From an uncultured Gammaproteobacteria bacterium (GTDB lineage Bacteria > Pseudomonadota > Gammaproteobacteria > UBA9214): DNA of 64,000 bases. The stretch's first letter is position 1; every line of letters begins with the position of its first letter. The stretch spans positions 988,355 through 1,052,354 of the forward strand of contig CAVVHS010000006.1 in NCBI GenBank assembly GCA_963748215.1, written 5' to 3'. Both the position numbers and the translations under genes were made by a program. Shown here one piece after another: positions 36,205 through 52,337 of the stretch. The notes below the pieces were generated by a model. It did no database searches and was not told the origin of the DNA. It saw nothing but the letters and a program-made list of their open reading frames with translations.

Positions 36205-36960
36205 TCAGGCGTTGGCGGCCTTGCCAATGGCAAGGAAATCGGCCGGCTTGAGCGACGCGCCACCGATCAGGCCACCGTCGATATCCGGCATGGCCAGCAG
36301 CTCTTGCGCGTTGCCGGCGTTCATGCTGCCTCCATAGAGGATGCGCACCTTGCCGGCGACCGCGCTGTCGAGACCGGCCAGCTTGCCACGGATGAAGGCG
36401 TGCACTTCCTGGGCCTGTGCCGGGGAAGCGGTCTTGCCGGTGCCGATCGCCCAGACGGGTTCGTAGGCAATCACGGCAGCACCGAGGGCCGCGACGCCCT
36501 CGAGGTCGATCACGGCATCGAGCTGGCGTTCGACGACCTGCTCGGTTATACCCTGCTCGCGTTCCTCGAGCAGTTCGCCCACGCACAGGATCGGTACCAG
36601 CCCGGCCTTGCGCGCGGCGGCGAACTTGGCGGCGGTGAAGCCGTCACTCTCGCCATACAGGCTGCGCCGCTCCGAATGACCGACAATCGCGTACTTGCAG
36701 CCGAAGTCGATCAGCATGCTGGCAGCCACCTCGCCGGTAAAGGCGCCGGCTTCCTGGTCACTGACATCCTGCGCACCGAAGCTGATGGCAGTGCCGGCCA
36801 GCAGTGCAGCGACCTGGGGGATATAGACAAACGGCGGGCAGACAGCCATTTCCGCCGTCTTGACAGCGCCGATGCCGGCCATGATGCCTTTGATCAGCGC
36901 CTTGGCACTGTCAGAGGAACCATTCATTTTCCAGTTACCGGCCACCAGTGGCTGACGCAT
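36205..36960 (-). CDS. tpiA: Triosephosphate isomerase
   Basis: AGNWKMN, GHSERR, AYEPVWAIGTG, YGGS, GGASL. Confidence 0.98.
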   Translation of the reverse strand: MRQPLVAGNWKMNGSSDSAKALIKGIMAGIGAVKTAEMAVCPPFVYIPQVAALLAGTAISFGAQDVSDQEAGAFTGEVAASMLIDFGCKYAIVGHSERRSLYGESDGFTAAKFAAARKAGLVPILCVGELLEEREQGITEQVVERQLDAVIDLEGVAALGAAVIAYEPVWAIGTGKTASPAQAQEVHAFIRGKLAGLDSAVAGKVRILYGGSMNAGNAQELLAMPDIDGGLIGGASLKPADFLAIGKAANA

Positions 36961-37035
36961 ATCGAATTCCTTGTATCGGAGAGCCGGGTAGCTTAGCCAG
37001 CCGGCACGGAAAAATCAATTTCGGCCGTCTCGACA

Positions 37036-38301
37036 ATGGCGCCGGGCCCCATTCCAGCGCTCGGGCGCATACCGCAATCCGGCACGGTTGATCACGGCCC
37101 GGAGCTGGTCCATCATCGTGCCGTTCGGTTGCCTGGTGTTGTCATCTGGCAGGCAACCGCGTCGAACCGGTCGCACATTGCGCCCAAACAGACAACATGG
37201 GTATACACAAACCGGGGGTCGGGTATTAATCGCTGTCGACTGGCATTGGTAATGATCGCGCGCAACGAGGCGACCGGTATTGCACGCTGCCTGGCCAGTA
37301 CGGCGCCGCACGTCGATGCCATGCTGGTACTCGACACCGGCTCTAGCGACGCGACGGTCGCGCTCGCGGAGGCCGCCGGCGCGGAGATCCATCACTTCAG
37401 CTGGTGTGATGATTTCGCCGCGGCACGCAATGCGGCACTGGACCTGTCTCGCGCAGACTGGAACCTGATCCTGGACGCCGACGAATGGATTGCCGGTGGC
37501 AGCGAACACCTGGCCGAACACACCCTGGGCGGCGAACGCTTTGTCGGACAAGTGCCGGTTACCAGCGAATTCGATCTGCAGGGCGGTGTGCAAACCGCCA
37601 CCTCGTGGATGCCGCGCATCCTGCCCGCCGGCGTCCGTTACACCGGCCGCATTCACGAACAGCCGCAATCGGACCTGAGGCGCGCACGCGTGCCGCTCGC
37701 CGTCACCCACGCAGGCTACCGGCAGGCCGAGCTGACGCGCAAAAAAGGCCGCAACCGCGACCTGCTGCAACGCGCGCTGGCGGAAACACCCGCTGATGCC
37801 TACCTGCTCTACCAGCTGGGCAAGGACCATGAAATCTACCAGGAGTATCCTCAGGCCGCGCGCTGTTACGCCCGCGCGCTCGAACAGGCACGCCCCGCCG
37901 ACAGCTTCCGCCACGACCTGGTGTTGCGCACGTTGTATTCGCTCAAACAGTCGCGCCGCTTCGAGGAGGCCTTTCAGTTTGCCGAGACCGAGATGCCCAA
38001 CTGGCAGCAATCACCGGATTTCTATTTCGCGCTGGGCGATCTGCTGCTGGACTGGGCCATGGAAAACCCCGAACAGGCCGTGCAGCAACTGTTACCCATG
38101 GCTGAATCATGCTGGATGCGCAGTGTCGAGATCGGCGAGCGACCCGACCTGGAAGGCTCGGTACACGGGCGCGGCAGCTTTCTCGCGGCGCACAACCTGG
38201 CGGTACTCCACGACGGGCTGGGCAACCGGGAACAGGCGCAACACTATCGCGACCTGGCCGTGCAATTACGTGCCGGCGCGGGCGGCACCACACCAGCGTA
38301 A
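37036..38301 (+). CDS. Glycosyltransferase family 2 with C-terminal TPR region (start uncertain; recognisable homology begins near 37235)
   Basis: LVMIARNEA, DTGSSDAT, DFAAARN, LDADE, GRIHEQ, HAGY; TPR-like helices. Confidence 0.85.
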   Translation: MAPGPIPALGRIPQSGTVDHGPELVHHRAVRLPGVVIWQATASNRSHIAPKQTTWVYTNRGSGINRCRLALVMIARNEATGIARCLASTAPHVDAMLVLDTGSSDATVALAEAAGAEIHHFSWCDDFAAARNAALDLSRADWNLILDADEWIAGGSEHLAEHTLGGERFVGQVPVTSEFDLQGGVQTATSWMPRILPAGVRYTGRIHEQPQSDLRRARVPLAVTHAGYRQAELTRKKGRNRDLLQRALAETPADAYLLYQLGKDHEIYQEYPQAARCYARALEQARPADSFRHDLVLRTLYSLKQSRRFEEAFQFAETEMPNWQQSPDFYFALGDLLLDWAMENPEQAVQQLLPMAESCWMRSVEIGERPDLEGSVHGRGSFLAAHNLAVLHDGLGNREQAQHYRDLAVQLRAGAGGTTPA

Positions 38302-38375
38302 TATCAACGTATGCCGCACCCCGGGAAGCACGGCAAACGAACCCGGAGGGAGGCCTTCAACCGAACGCTGGCGGC

Positions 38376-39710
38376 CTACACAGCAGCGGCAACGATCGAG
38401 GCGAGCTGACCGGCTTCCTGTAGCACCTGGTTTTCGTCCTCGCCTTCCACCATCACGCGCACCACCGGCTCGGTACCGGACGGGCGCAGCAGGACCCGGC
38501 CACGGCCGGCCAGGCGTTTCTCGGCGGAGCTGACCGCTTCCCTGACGGCCGGTGCCTGGTCCAGGTCGACCGTCTCCCGCACCGGCACATTGATCATGTG
38601 CATCGGGTATTTGCGCATATCGGATTTCAGTTCGTGCAGCGAACGCTCCGCGCGCTTCATGGCGGCCAGCACCTGCAGCGCGGATACAATGCCATCGCCC
38701 GTGCTGGTGCGGTCGAGACAGATGATGTGACCGGATGATTCACCGCCGAGCAGCCACCCGTTCTGCTGCATCAACTCCAGAACATAGCGGTCGCCGACCC
38801 GGGCACGCGCAAAGGGAATGTTGCGTGCCTGCAGGGCGTGTTCCAGTCCCAGATTGGTCATCTGGGTGCCGACCACGCCACCATTCAACGCGCCTTCACG
38901 CTCGCGCGAAACAGCGATGATGAACAGCAGTTCGTCACCGTCCACGATTTCACCCTTGTGATCGACCATGATGACCCGGTCGCCGTCTCCGTCCAGCGCG
39001 ATGCCAAGATCGGCGCCGTGTTCCAGCACCATCTTCTGCAGCACTTCCGGCCGCGTCGAACCGCAGTCGCGGTTGATATTCAGGCCGTCAGGTGAAATGC
39101 CGGTCGCGATGACCTGCGCGCCCAGCTCGCGAAATACGCTCGGCGCGACCTGGTAGGTGGCACCGTGCGCACAATCGACCACGACCCGCATACCCTCCAT
39201 GCCCATACTCATGGGGATGGTGCTCTTGCAGAACTCGATATAGCGGCCCTCGGCGTCCTTGACGCGTACCGCCTTGCCCAGCTTGTCGGAACTGACTGTG
39301 ACCAGCGGTTTGTCCAGCTCCGCCTCGATGGCCAGTTCGATGTCGTCTGCAAGCTTGGTGCCTTGCGCGGAAAAGAACTTGATACCGTTGTCGGCGTAAC
39401 CGTTGTGCGAGGCGCTGATGACGATACCGGCGCAGGCGTGCAGTGTGCGCGTCAGGTAGGCGATGCCGGGCGTCGGCATGGGTCCCAGCAAACCGATATC
39501 GACACCGGCCGCGGACAGCCCCGCCTCGAGCGCGGACTCGAACATGTAGCCGGAGATGCGGGTGTCCTTGCCGATGATGACACTGGCACCGCCCGCCGAA
39601 CCCAGTACGCGACCGGTCGCCCAGCCCAGCTTGAGCATGAATTCCGCCGTGACCGGGTGTTCCCCGACCCGGCCGCGTATACCATCGGTTCCGAAATATT
39701 TTCTGGACAT
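38376..39710 (-). CDS. glmM: Phosphoglucosamine mutase
   Basis: [39 protein letters not shown]. Confidence 0.97.
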   Translation of the reverse strand: MSRKYFGTDGIRGRVGEHPVTAEFMLKLGWATGRVLGSAGGASVIIGKDTRISGYMFESALEAGLSAAGVDIGLLGPMPTPGIAYLTRTLHACAGIVISASHNGYADNGIKFFSAQGTKLADDIELAIEAELDKPLVTVSSDKLGKAVRVKDAEGRYIEFCKSTIPMSMGMEGMRVVVDCAHGATYQVAPSVFRELGAQVIATGISPDGLNINRDCGSTRPEVLQKMVLEHGADLGIALDGDGDRVIMVDHKGEIVDGDELLFIIAVSREREGALNGGVVGTQMTNLGLEHALQARNIPFARARVGDRYVLELMQQNGWLLGGESSGHIICLDRTSTGDGIVSALQVLAAMKRAERSLHELKSDMRKYPMHMINVPVRETVDLDQAPAVREAVSSAEKRLAGRGRVLLRPSGTEPVVRVMVEGEDENQVLQEAGQLASIVAAAV

Positions 39711-39742
39711 GTGTGTGTCGTCTCCAGTAAGCGTCGTGGCGA

Positions 39743-40588
39743 TTATAGCCCCTGTTCCAGGCCGGCATCCCGTACTGCCCGGCACATTTCGATGGCTTCG
39801 CGGGTGGCGGCAACATCATGGGTCCTGACGATAGCGGCGCCCTGCCAGACAGCAAGCACGGCAAGCGCCAACCCGGGATACAACCGTTTATCGACCGGCA
39901 GGCCAAGGACATTACCGATCAGTGACTTGCGCGAAAAACCGACCAGTACCGGGTAACCCCTGGCAACCAGGACGTCGAGCCGTCGCAGCAATTGCAGGTT
40001 ATGCCGGGTGGTCTTGCCGAAACCGAAGCCCGGGTCGAGCAGGATGCGTTCGCGCGCGATGCCGGCCGCCTGGCAGGCCTCGGCGCGTCCCACCAGGAAA
40101 CCGGCCACCTCCTCGACCACATCGCGGTATTCCGGCTGTTCCTGCATGGACTGCGGCGTGCCCTGCATGTGCATGAGACAGACCGGCACCCCGAGGGCGG
40201 CGGCCGTGGCCAGCATGCCCGGCGCCTGCAGGGCATTGACGTCATTGATCAGTCCGGCGCCGGCCTGTACTGCCGCCTGCATGACGGCCGGCTTGCGGGT
40301 ATCGATCGAGACAGGTACGGCCAGCGTTGCGTGCAGCGCCTCGATGACCGGGATGACGCGCTGCAGCTCGACATCCTCCGGTACCGCTTCCGCCCCGGGA
40401 CGGGTGGATTCACCACCCACGTCGATAATCGCCGCTCCGGCCTCGACCATTCCCTGCGCGTGCTCAACCGCCCGGTCGGGCGCAAGGAACTCACCCCCGT
40501 CCGAGAAGGAATCGGGGGTGACATTGAGGATACCCATAACGCAGGGAATCGACAGATCCAGCGATGTACCTGCGCAGTCGAGAATCAA
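39743..40588 (-). CDS. folP: Dihydropteroate synthase
   Basis: [44 protein letters not shown]. Confidence 0.97.
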   Translation of the reverse strand: MILDCAGTSLDLSIPCVMGILNVTPDSFSDGGEFLAPDRAVEHAQGMVEAGAAIIDVGGESTRPGAEAVPEDVELQRVIPVIEALHATLAVPVSIDTRKPAVMQAAVQAGAGLINDVNALQAPGMLATAAALGVPVCLMHMQGTPQSMQEQPEYRDVVEEVAGFLVGRAEACQAAGIARERILLDPGFGFGKTTRHNLQLLRRLDVLVARGYPVLVGFSRKSLIGNVLGLPVDKRLYPGLALAVLAVWQGAAIVRTHDVAATREAIEMCRAVRDAGLEQGL

Positions 40589-40707
40589 GGGGTTTGCTGC
40601 TTAAGTGACAGGTAGACTGGCAAGCAGCGAGCAGCGCCGTATTACACAGACATTCGATCCGTTGCCTGTTACCGGCGGCCAGTCACTCGCTGTGTGCAAC
40701 GCGATTG

Positions 40708-42627
<1,920 letters not shown>

Positions 42628-42703
42628 AGCGGTTTCCTCGAATTATTCATCAACGCGCGCCTCAACTGCCTGTCTCGGCCCGCCAAATACACGTCTTTAG
42701 TCA

Positions 42704-43336
42704 TTATGACACATTCGTGTCACGCCGGCCCTGCGCCAGCACGTACACTTCACGGCTCCGCGGGCGCGACGCTTTCGGCTTGCGTATCAATACCTTGTCG
42801 TATTTTGCACGTACGTCCGCCAGCACCGCTTCGAACCCTTCACCCTGGAAGGCCTTGAACAGCAAACTGCCGCCCTCATCAACTACCCGATCCGCGAAAT
42901 CGATCGCCAGTTCCACCAGGTACATGCTGCGCGGAATGTCGACTGCCTCCATACCGCTGATATTGGGTGCCATATCCGACATTACAAGGTGCACCGAGGT
43001 TCCGTCGAGTGCCGTCATGAGCATTTCAAGGGCCGCGTCTTCGCGGAAATCACCCTGGATGAACTCGACGCCGGGCAATGCCTCCATGGGCAGGATGTCG
43101 AGCGCGACCAGGCGCGCCTTGCCGGCGAGCAGCCGGCCTGCGTACTGGGACCACCCGCCCGGCGCCGCACCGAGGTCGACGATGGTCATGCCGGGCTTCA
43201 GGATGCGGTCCTTGCGCTGGATCTCGTCCAGTTTGTAAACCGCGCGCGAGCGATAGCCTTCGCGCTGCGCGCGCTTCACGAATTCATCGTCAAAATGCGA
43301 CCTGAGCCAGTTGTGACTGCTCTTGCTTCTGCCCAT
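42704..43336 (-). CDS. rlmE: 23S rRNA Um2552 methyltransferase
   Basis: [31 protein letters not shown]. Confidence 0.97.
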   Translation of the reverse strand: MGRSKSSHNWLRSHFDDEFVKRAQREGYRSRAVYKLDEIQRKDRILKPGMTIVDLGAAPGGWSQYAGRLLAGKARLVALDILPMEALPGVEFIQGDFREDAALEMLMTALDGTSVHLVMSDMAPNISGMEAVDIPRSMYLVELAIDFADRVVDEGGSLLFKAFQGEGFEAVLADVRAKYDKVLIRKPKASRPRSREVYVLAQGRRDTNVS

Positions 43337-43504
43337 ATTCCGTTCTGTCCGGCGACGCCTGGCATGCGCCGCGCGCGGGTTCCCGCGCTGGCCCCGGTTC
43401 CATTACCATTCGCCGGCCGTCTGATTTAACATGCGGCTGGCACAGCACACGCCGATCAGGTGCTGGCCACCCTGCCCTAACCTAGCACATCCAGGACGTA
43501 CAGC

Positions 43505-43777
43505 ATGGCCCTGACCGAAAAACTCAAACGCGAATTACGCGGCCGCGGCCATACCCTGAAACCGGTCGTGAGCATCGGCAGTGCCGGGCTCAGCGAGGCC
43601 GTATTGCGCGAAATCGAACTGTCGCTGGAACACCATGAATTGATGAAAGTGAAAATCTCCGGCGCCGACCGGGACGCGCGCAGGGACATCATCGGGCGGC
43701 TGTGCGCTGCCAGCGGCGCCGAGCTGGTGCAGGCGGTCGGTCACATCGCGCTCATCTACCGGGAAGCGGCGGACTGA
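43505..43777 (+). CDS. yhbY: CRM-domain RNA-binding protein YhbY
   Basis: H.LKPVV.IG..GL, HELMKVK, LVQ.VG...LIYR; divergent from rlmE. Confidence 0.92.
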   Translation: MALTEKLKRELRGRGHTLKPVVSIGSAGLSEAVLREIELSLEHHELMKVKISGADRDARRDIIGRLCAASGAELVQAVGHIALIYREAAD

Positions 43778-44214
43778 TTCCCGTGTTCCGGCCCGGCGGC
43801 CACCAGCCCCAGCCCGAGCAGCGCCGTCAGCAGGAACAGCAGGCCGGCGATGCCGTGTAACTGGCCGAAACGCGGCGATCCCGACAGTCCGGCCACGCGC
43901 AGTTCCGCGATCATCGGGGCAAGCACGAACTGCCCCACCGCCACCAGCACCAGCATGCCGACCGTCACCCACAACCGCCAGCCGCCCCTGGCGCCACGCA
44001 CATAAGCGACCACCAGCAGCGCGAGTCCACAGGCCAGCCCGAGCCAGGCGACAAGGCCGAACAGTTCGCCGGCCAGGGTGCCAGCCTGCGCGCGGTCATC
44101 CAGGCGGGCAAACAGCATCGGCGCGACCATGAATCCGGTCACCCACAGGCTGCCGACCCACAGGGTCAGCAGGACGCGTTCGAGCGTGAGTGAAAGTTGT
44201 TGCCTGGTGAGCAC
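43756..44214 (-). CDS. DUF4149-type membrane protein
   Basis: LWVGSLW..GF.VAP.LF, AG.LAG.LF, F..LHG; usual yhbY-greA neighbour. Confidence 0.8.
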   Translation of the reverse strand: MLTRQQLSLTLERVLLTLWVGSLWVTGFMVAPMLFARLDDRAQAGTLAGELFGLVAWLGLACGLALLVVAYVRGARGGWRLWVTVGMLVLVAVGQFVLAPMIAELRVAGLSGSPRFGQLHGIAGLLFLLTALLGLGLVAAGPEHGNQSAASR

Positions 44215-44231
44215 CTGACAGGGCGTGATTG

Positions 44232-44707
44232 CTAGATGTAGCGGACTTCGACGATTTCGAAATTGCGCTCGCCACCGGGTACGATCACGGTCACGACGTC
44301 ACCTTCGAGCTTGGCGATCAGGGCGCGCGCGATCGGCGAATTGATCGAGATCATGCCGACCTTGATATCCGCCTCGTCCTCGCCGACGATCTGGTAGACC
44401 ACGGTCTCCTCGCTGTCCTCGTCGAACAGCTCGACGGTGCAACCGAATACCACCTTGCCGCTGGCATCCAGCGTGCTGACATCGACGATGTGGGCGTGAC
44501 TCAGCTTGCTTTCGATTTCCTTGATGCGCCCCTCGGCAAAGCTCTGCTGCTCGCGGGCGGCGTGGTATTCCGCGTTTTCCTTGAGGTCGCCGTGCGCACG
44601 CGCCTCGGCAATGGCCGCAATGATGCGCGGACGGTCAACGGTTTTCAGTCGCACCAGCTCCTCGCGGAGTTTTTCGGCACCGCGTGCAGTGATCGGCACT
44701 TTCGAGG

Positions 44708-44711
<4 letters not shown>
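44232..44711 (-). CDS. greA: Transcription elongation factor GreA
   Basis: [29 protein letters not shown]; ATG 44711 overlaps the carB stop. Confidence 0.96.
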
Positions 44712-47929
<3,218 letters not shown>

Positions 47930-47941
47930 AGATCGGTTTTT

Positions 47942-48082
47942 GCCACAAAGATCACAGAGGGCACAAAGGAAAAGTTCTTTCCTGGCAACCCGCTTTGTCA
48001 TCAGCACTGCGCCGCAACATGGGAAAGGTGCATGATGACCGGTGAAATAATTTTTCTCTGTGTACTCGGTGTCCTCTGTGGC
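47942..48082. repeat. Inverted pair of 3 x 9-nt NNCACAGAG repeats between carA and carB
   Basis: gccacaaag-atcacagag-ggcacaaag (47942-47968); reverse complement of 48056-48082 reads gccacagag-gacaccgag-tacacagag. Confidence 0.75.
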
Positions 48083-48087
48083 TATAT

Positions 48088-49218
48088 TTACCTTTCCATC
48101 ATTTCGACAAAGCGGTCGAACAGCGGCGCCACGTCGTGCGGACCGGGGCTTGCCTCCGGATGACCCTGGAAACTGAACGCCGGGCAATCGGTGCGTGCCA
48201 CGCCCTGCAGTGACTGGTCGAACAACGAACGGTGTGTCGCCACGAGGGTATCGGGCAGCGTGGCGTCGTCCACCGCGAAACCATGGTTCTGGCTGGTGAT
48301 CATCACGTGCCTGCTGTCCAGATCCTGGACCGGGTGATTGGCACCGTGATGGCCGAATTTCATCTTCACGGTGCGCGCGCCGCTCGCCAGCGCCAGCAGC
48401 TGGTGGCCGAGGCAGATGCCGAATATCGGGATACCGCTGCCGAGCAGCTCGCGGATGGCCGTGATGGCATAGTCGCACGGCTCCGGGTCGCCCGGCCCGT
48501 TGGACAGGAAGATCCCGTCCGGCCGGTATGCCAGCACCTCGCTGGCCGGTGTCTGGGCCGGCACCACCGTCACCCGGCAGCCACGCGCCGAAAGCATGCG
48601 CAGGATATTGCGCTTGATGCCGAAATCATAGGCCACCACGTGCCAGCCCAGTTCGGCGTCCGTGCGTTCCGCCGGCAGACCACCACTCAGCGACCAGGTG
48701 CCCTGGCGCCACGCGTAGCGCTCGACCGTGGTCACCTCCTTCGCGAGGTCCATGCCCTTGAGACCGGGGAATGCGCGCGCCGCGGCGATGGCCGCGTCCG
48801 CGTCAGGCGCTGCGCCGGCCACGATGCAGCCGCCCTGTGCGCCCTGCTCGCGCAGGATGCGTGTCAGACGCCGGGTATCGATATCGGCGATACCGACGAC
48901 ACCGCGGTTAGCCAGGTACGCTTCCAGCGATGCTTCGCTGCGCCAGCTGCTGGCCAGCAGTGGCAGATCGCGGATCACCAGGCCGGCACAATGTATGCTG
49001 TCCGCCTCTTCGTCCTCGGCATTGGTACCGACATTACCGATGTGGGGATAGGTCAGCGTGACGATCTGTCGCGCATAGGAAGGATCGGTCAGGATTTCCT
49101 GGTAACCGGTCATCGAGGTATTGAACACCACCTCACCGGTCACCTGCCCCTCGACTCCAATAGCAACACCCCGGAAAATATTTCCGTCTGCAAGCGCCAG
49201 AAGGGCCGCTTTCCTCAA
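48088..49218 (-). CDS. carA: Carbamoyl-phosphate synthase small subunit
   Basis: [41 protein letters not shown]. Confidence 0.98.
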   Translation of the reverse strand: MRKAALLALADGNIFRGVAIGVEGQVTGEVVFNTSMTGYQEILTDPSYARQIVTLTYPHIGNVGTNAEDEEADSIHCAGLVIRDLPLLASSWRSEASLEAYLANRGVVGIADIDTRRLTRILREQGAQGGCIVAGAAPDADAAIAAARAFPGLKGMDLAKEVTTVERYAWRQGTWSLSGGLPAERTDAELGWHVVAYDFGIKRNILRMLSARGCRVTVVPAQTPASEVLAYRPDGIFLSNGPGDPEPCDYAITAIRELLGSGIPIFGICLGHQLLALASGARTVKMKFGHHGANHPVQDLDSRHVMITSQNHGFAVDDATLPDTLVATHRSLFDQSLQGVARTDCPAFSFQGHPEASPGPHDVAPLFDRFVEMMER

Positions 49219-49229
49219 GGAAACCTCCG

Positions 49230-49292
49230 CTAATCGTAGAAAACGGGAGGGTTCACGAAGACCCCTCCCGTTTTGGTGTGCTTGTCTGTCAT
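49230..49292 (-). promoter_or_regulatory. carA leader: 20-codon leader ORF spanning a terminator hairpin (putative attenuator)
   Basis: [20 protein letters not shown]; hairpin AAAACGGGAGGGGT-loop-AACCCTCCCGTTTT; stop adjoins the carA SD (GGAGG). Confidence 0.65.
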
Positions 49293-49311
49293 ACCCGAAT
49301 TTCTGGCGTGA

Positions 49312-49340
49312 ATTGTACGGATTGAATTGGCGGCTGTCTA
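49312..49340 (-). promoter_or_regulatory. Putative sigma70 promoter of carAB-greA
   Basis: Minus strand TAGACA-17 nt-TACAAT. Confidence 0.65.
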
Positions 49341-49442
49341 TGCTGCAAACGGAATCGCAGCCGTGTGCCCGGTCAGCCGCATGCGGTCCGGAAAAATAAC
49401 CGAAAAATGCTGTCAGGACAGCATTTCCGCGCTACCAACGTG

Positions 49443-50303
<861 letters not shown>

Positions 50304-50387
50304 TCAAAACCCAATCGTTTTCCTGCAGTAAGGATAACCTATTATGTGTCGGTGCAAGCCGCATTACTCGATTAGAGTCGTAAATTG

Positions 50388-50975
50388 TTTCGCCCTTTCG
50401 GGCGAGATACTTTTTGCGAAGTCCATCCCTGGACTTCGCCCTTCGGGCCATCCTGCGGATGTCCCAATTCGCTCCCGGCGAATTGGTCTTGCGTGCCCAA
50501 GAGAAAGTACCCAAAGAGAAGGGCACCCAACGCCCGCGCCGGGTTGTACTACAAGGCCGCTTCGTAGCCTTGCCCTGCGTTCCTCGCCAAGCCGGGGGCG
50601 CGCGCAACTCGGAGCCCGGGCGGATGAAACCATCCGCCCGGACTTGCCTCGAACAGGGCGCGCACCTTGATCCCGGATTGCCTGCGGTACGCGGCGCGGC
50701 CCACGGGGCATCGGCTGGCACCATCGGACCCCGTCAGGCGCTGCCGAGCATCGCAGGTATTTCGGGATTGAGCGAGTCGCCTTGTCGAGCTGCACTTGCT
50801 AGCCAGAATGGCGCAGCAAGTGCTGCGAGTTCGACGAGCGCCCGAAATACCGAGAAGCGCAGGGAACCCGGACAGTCATCGAAGATGAATGGCCGGGCAA
50901 GCCTTCGGGTTCGCCTTTCTTTTGGTTACTTTTCTTTGGCGAAGCAAAGAAAAGTAACCCGCCGTCAGGCGGAAA
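50388..50975. mobile_element. Non-coding MITE-like structured element (about 590 bp) with imperfect inverted ends and a nested hairpin module
   Basis: Left ...gatacttt[insert]cttgcgtgcccaagagaaagtacccaaagagaagggcaccc versus right gggttcgcctttcttttggttacttttctttggcgaagcaaagaaaagtaacccgcc; several internal perfect stems. Confidence 0.65.
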
Positions 50976-51035
50976 CTGATAAACCTTCTGGGATTGAACT
51001 CACTGGAATGCAGCGTGCGAAAAAACCGCTCGATG

Positions 51036-52188
51036 CTAACCGCCTAAACCGTCGAAGAACTTTTTCACGCCGTCCAGCCAGGAATGTGCCTGCGGATTAT
51101 GGTGGCTGCCGCCCTCGTCCATTTCGCCGGAAAATTCCTGCAGCAGCTCCTTCTGCCGGCGCGTCAGCTTGACCGGTGTCTCCACGCTGACCCGGCACAG
51201 CAGGTCGCCGACGGGGCCGCCACGCACCGGCTTCACGCCCTTGCCGCGCATGCGGAACATCTTGCCGGTCTGCGTTTCGGCCGGGATCTTCAGCTTGACG
51301 CGGCCGTTCAGCGTCGGCACCTCGAGTTCGCCGCCCAGCGCCGCGGTCACGAAGCTGATCGGCACCTCGCAGTAGAGATTGTTTTCGTCGCGCTTGAAGA
51401 TCGGATGCGCCTTGACCTGAATCTGTACATAGAGGTCGCCGGGCGGACCGCCGTTCTCACCGGCCTCGCCCTCGCCGGCCAGGCGGATGCGGTCACCGGT
51501 ATCGACACCGGCCGGCACCTTCACCGACAGTGTTTTGCGTTCCTGTACCCGGCCCTTGCCATGACAGGTAGCGCAGGGATCGGAAATGATGGTGCCGCTG
51601 CCCTGGCAGTGCGGGCAGGTCTGCTGCAGCGAGAAGAAGCCCTGCTGCATGCGCACCTGGCCATGCCCGCCGCAGGTGGTGCAGGTCTTGGGCTCGCTGC
51701 CCTTCTTCGCGCCGCTGCCGCCGCACGTCGTGCAGCTGACCAGCGTCGGCACGCGGATCTTGACCTCGGTACCGGCCACCGCGTCTTCCAGCGACAGCTC
51801 CAGGTTGTAGCGCAGGTCGGAACCGCGGTAGACACGCTGGCCGCCGCGCGCACCGCCGCCGCGCCCACCACCGAAGATATCGCCGAACACATCGCCGAAG
51901 ATATCACTGAAGCCTGCGCCGGCCGCCGGCAGGCCCGTAGCCGCCGCCACCGCCCATGGACGGATCGACGCCGGCATGGCCGAACTGGTCATAGGCGGCA
52001 CGCTTGCGCGAATCGCTCAGGACCTCGTAGGCCTCCTTGCCTTCCTTGAATTTCTCCTCGGCTTCCTTGTCGTCCGGATTGCGGTCCGGGTGATGTTTCT
52101 GCGCAGCGCGGCGATAGGCCTTCTTCAGCTCCGCCTCGCTGGCATTTTTGGAAACGCCAAGCACTTCGTAGTAATCACGTTTTGACAT
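51036..52188 (-). CDS. dnaJ: Chaperone DnaJ (apparent frameshift near 51930)
   Basis: J domain with HPD, G/F-rich region, four CxxCxGxG repeats. Confidence 0.96.
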
Positions 52189-52204
52189 TCGTTCCTCACA
52201 ATGC

Positions 52205-52265
52205 GGACAGACCCCGCGTTCCGTTTCCCGATCAGTTCAGGGGGCGGAAAACGGGGTCTGTCCCC
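52205..52265. repeat. REP-like inverted doublet (GGACAGACCCC family), second copy
   Basis: ggacagaccccg (52205-52216) ... cggggtctgtcc (52252-52263). Confidence 0.75.
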
Positions 52266-52337
52266 GGCCCGGCGCGGCATTGGATCCGGACCGGCTGCGC
52301 CGTCCCGGATCCGCGGGAATACCGTTACTGCTGGGTA

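Noticed and set aside
47930-48478. N-terminally extended CarB (1256 aa)
   Set aside because: The extension is an alternate frame of carA plus the repeat spacer; the canonical MPKRTDI start is at 47929.
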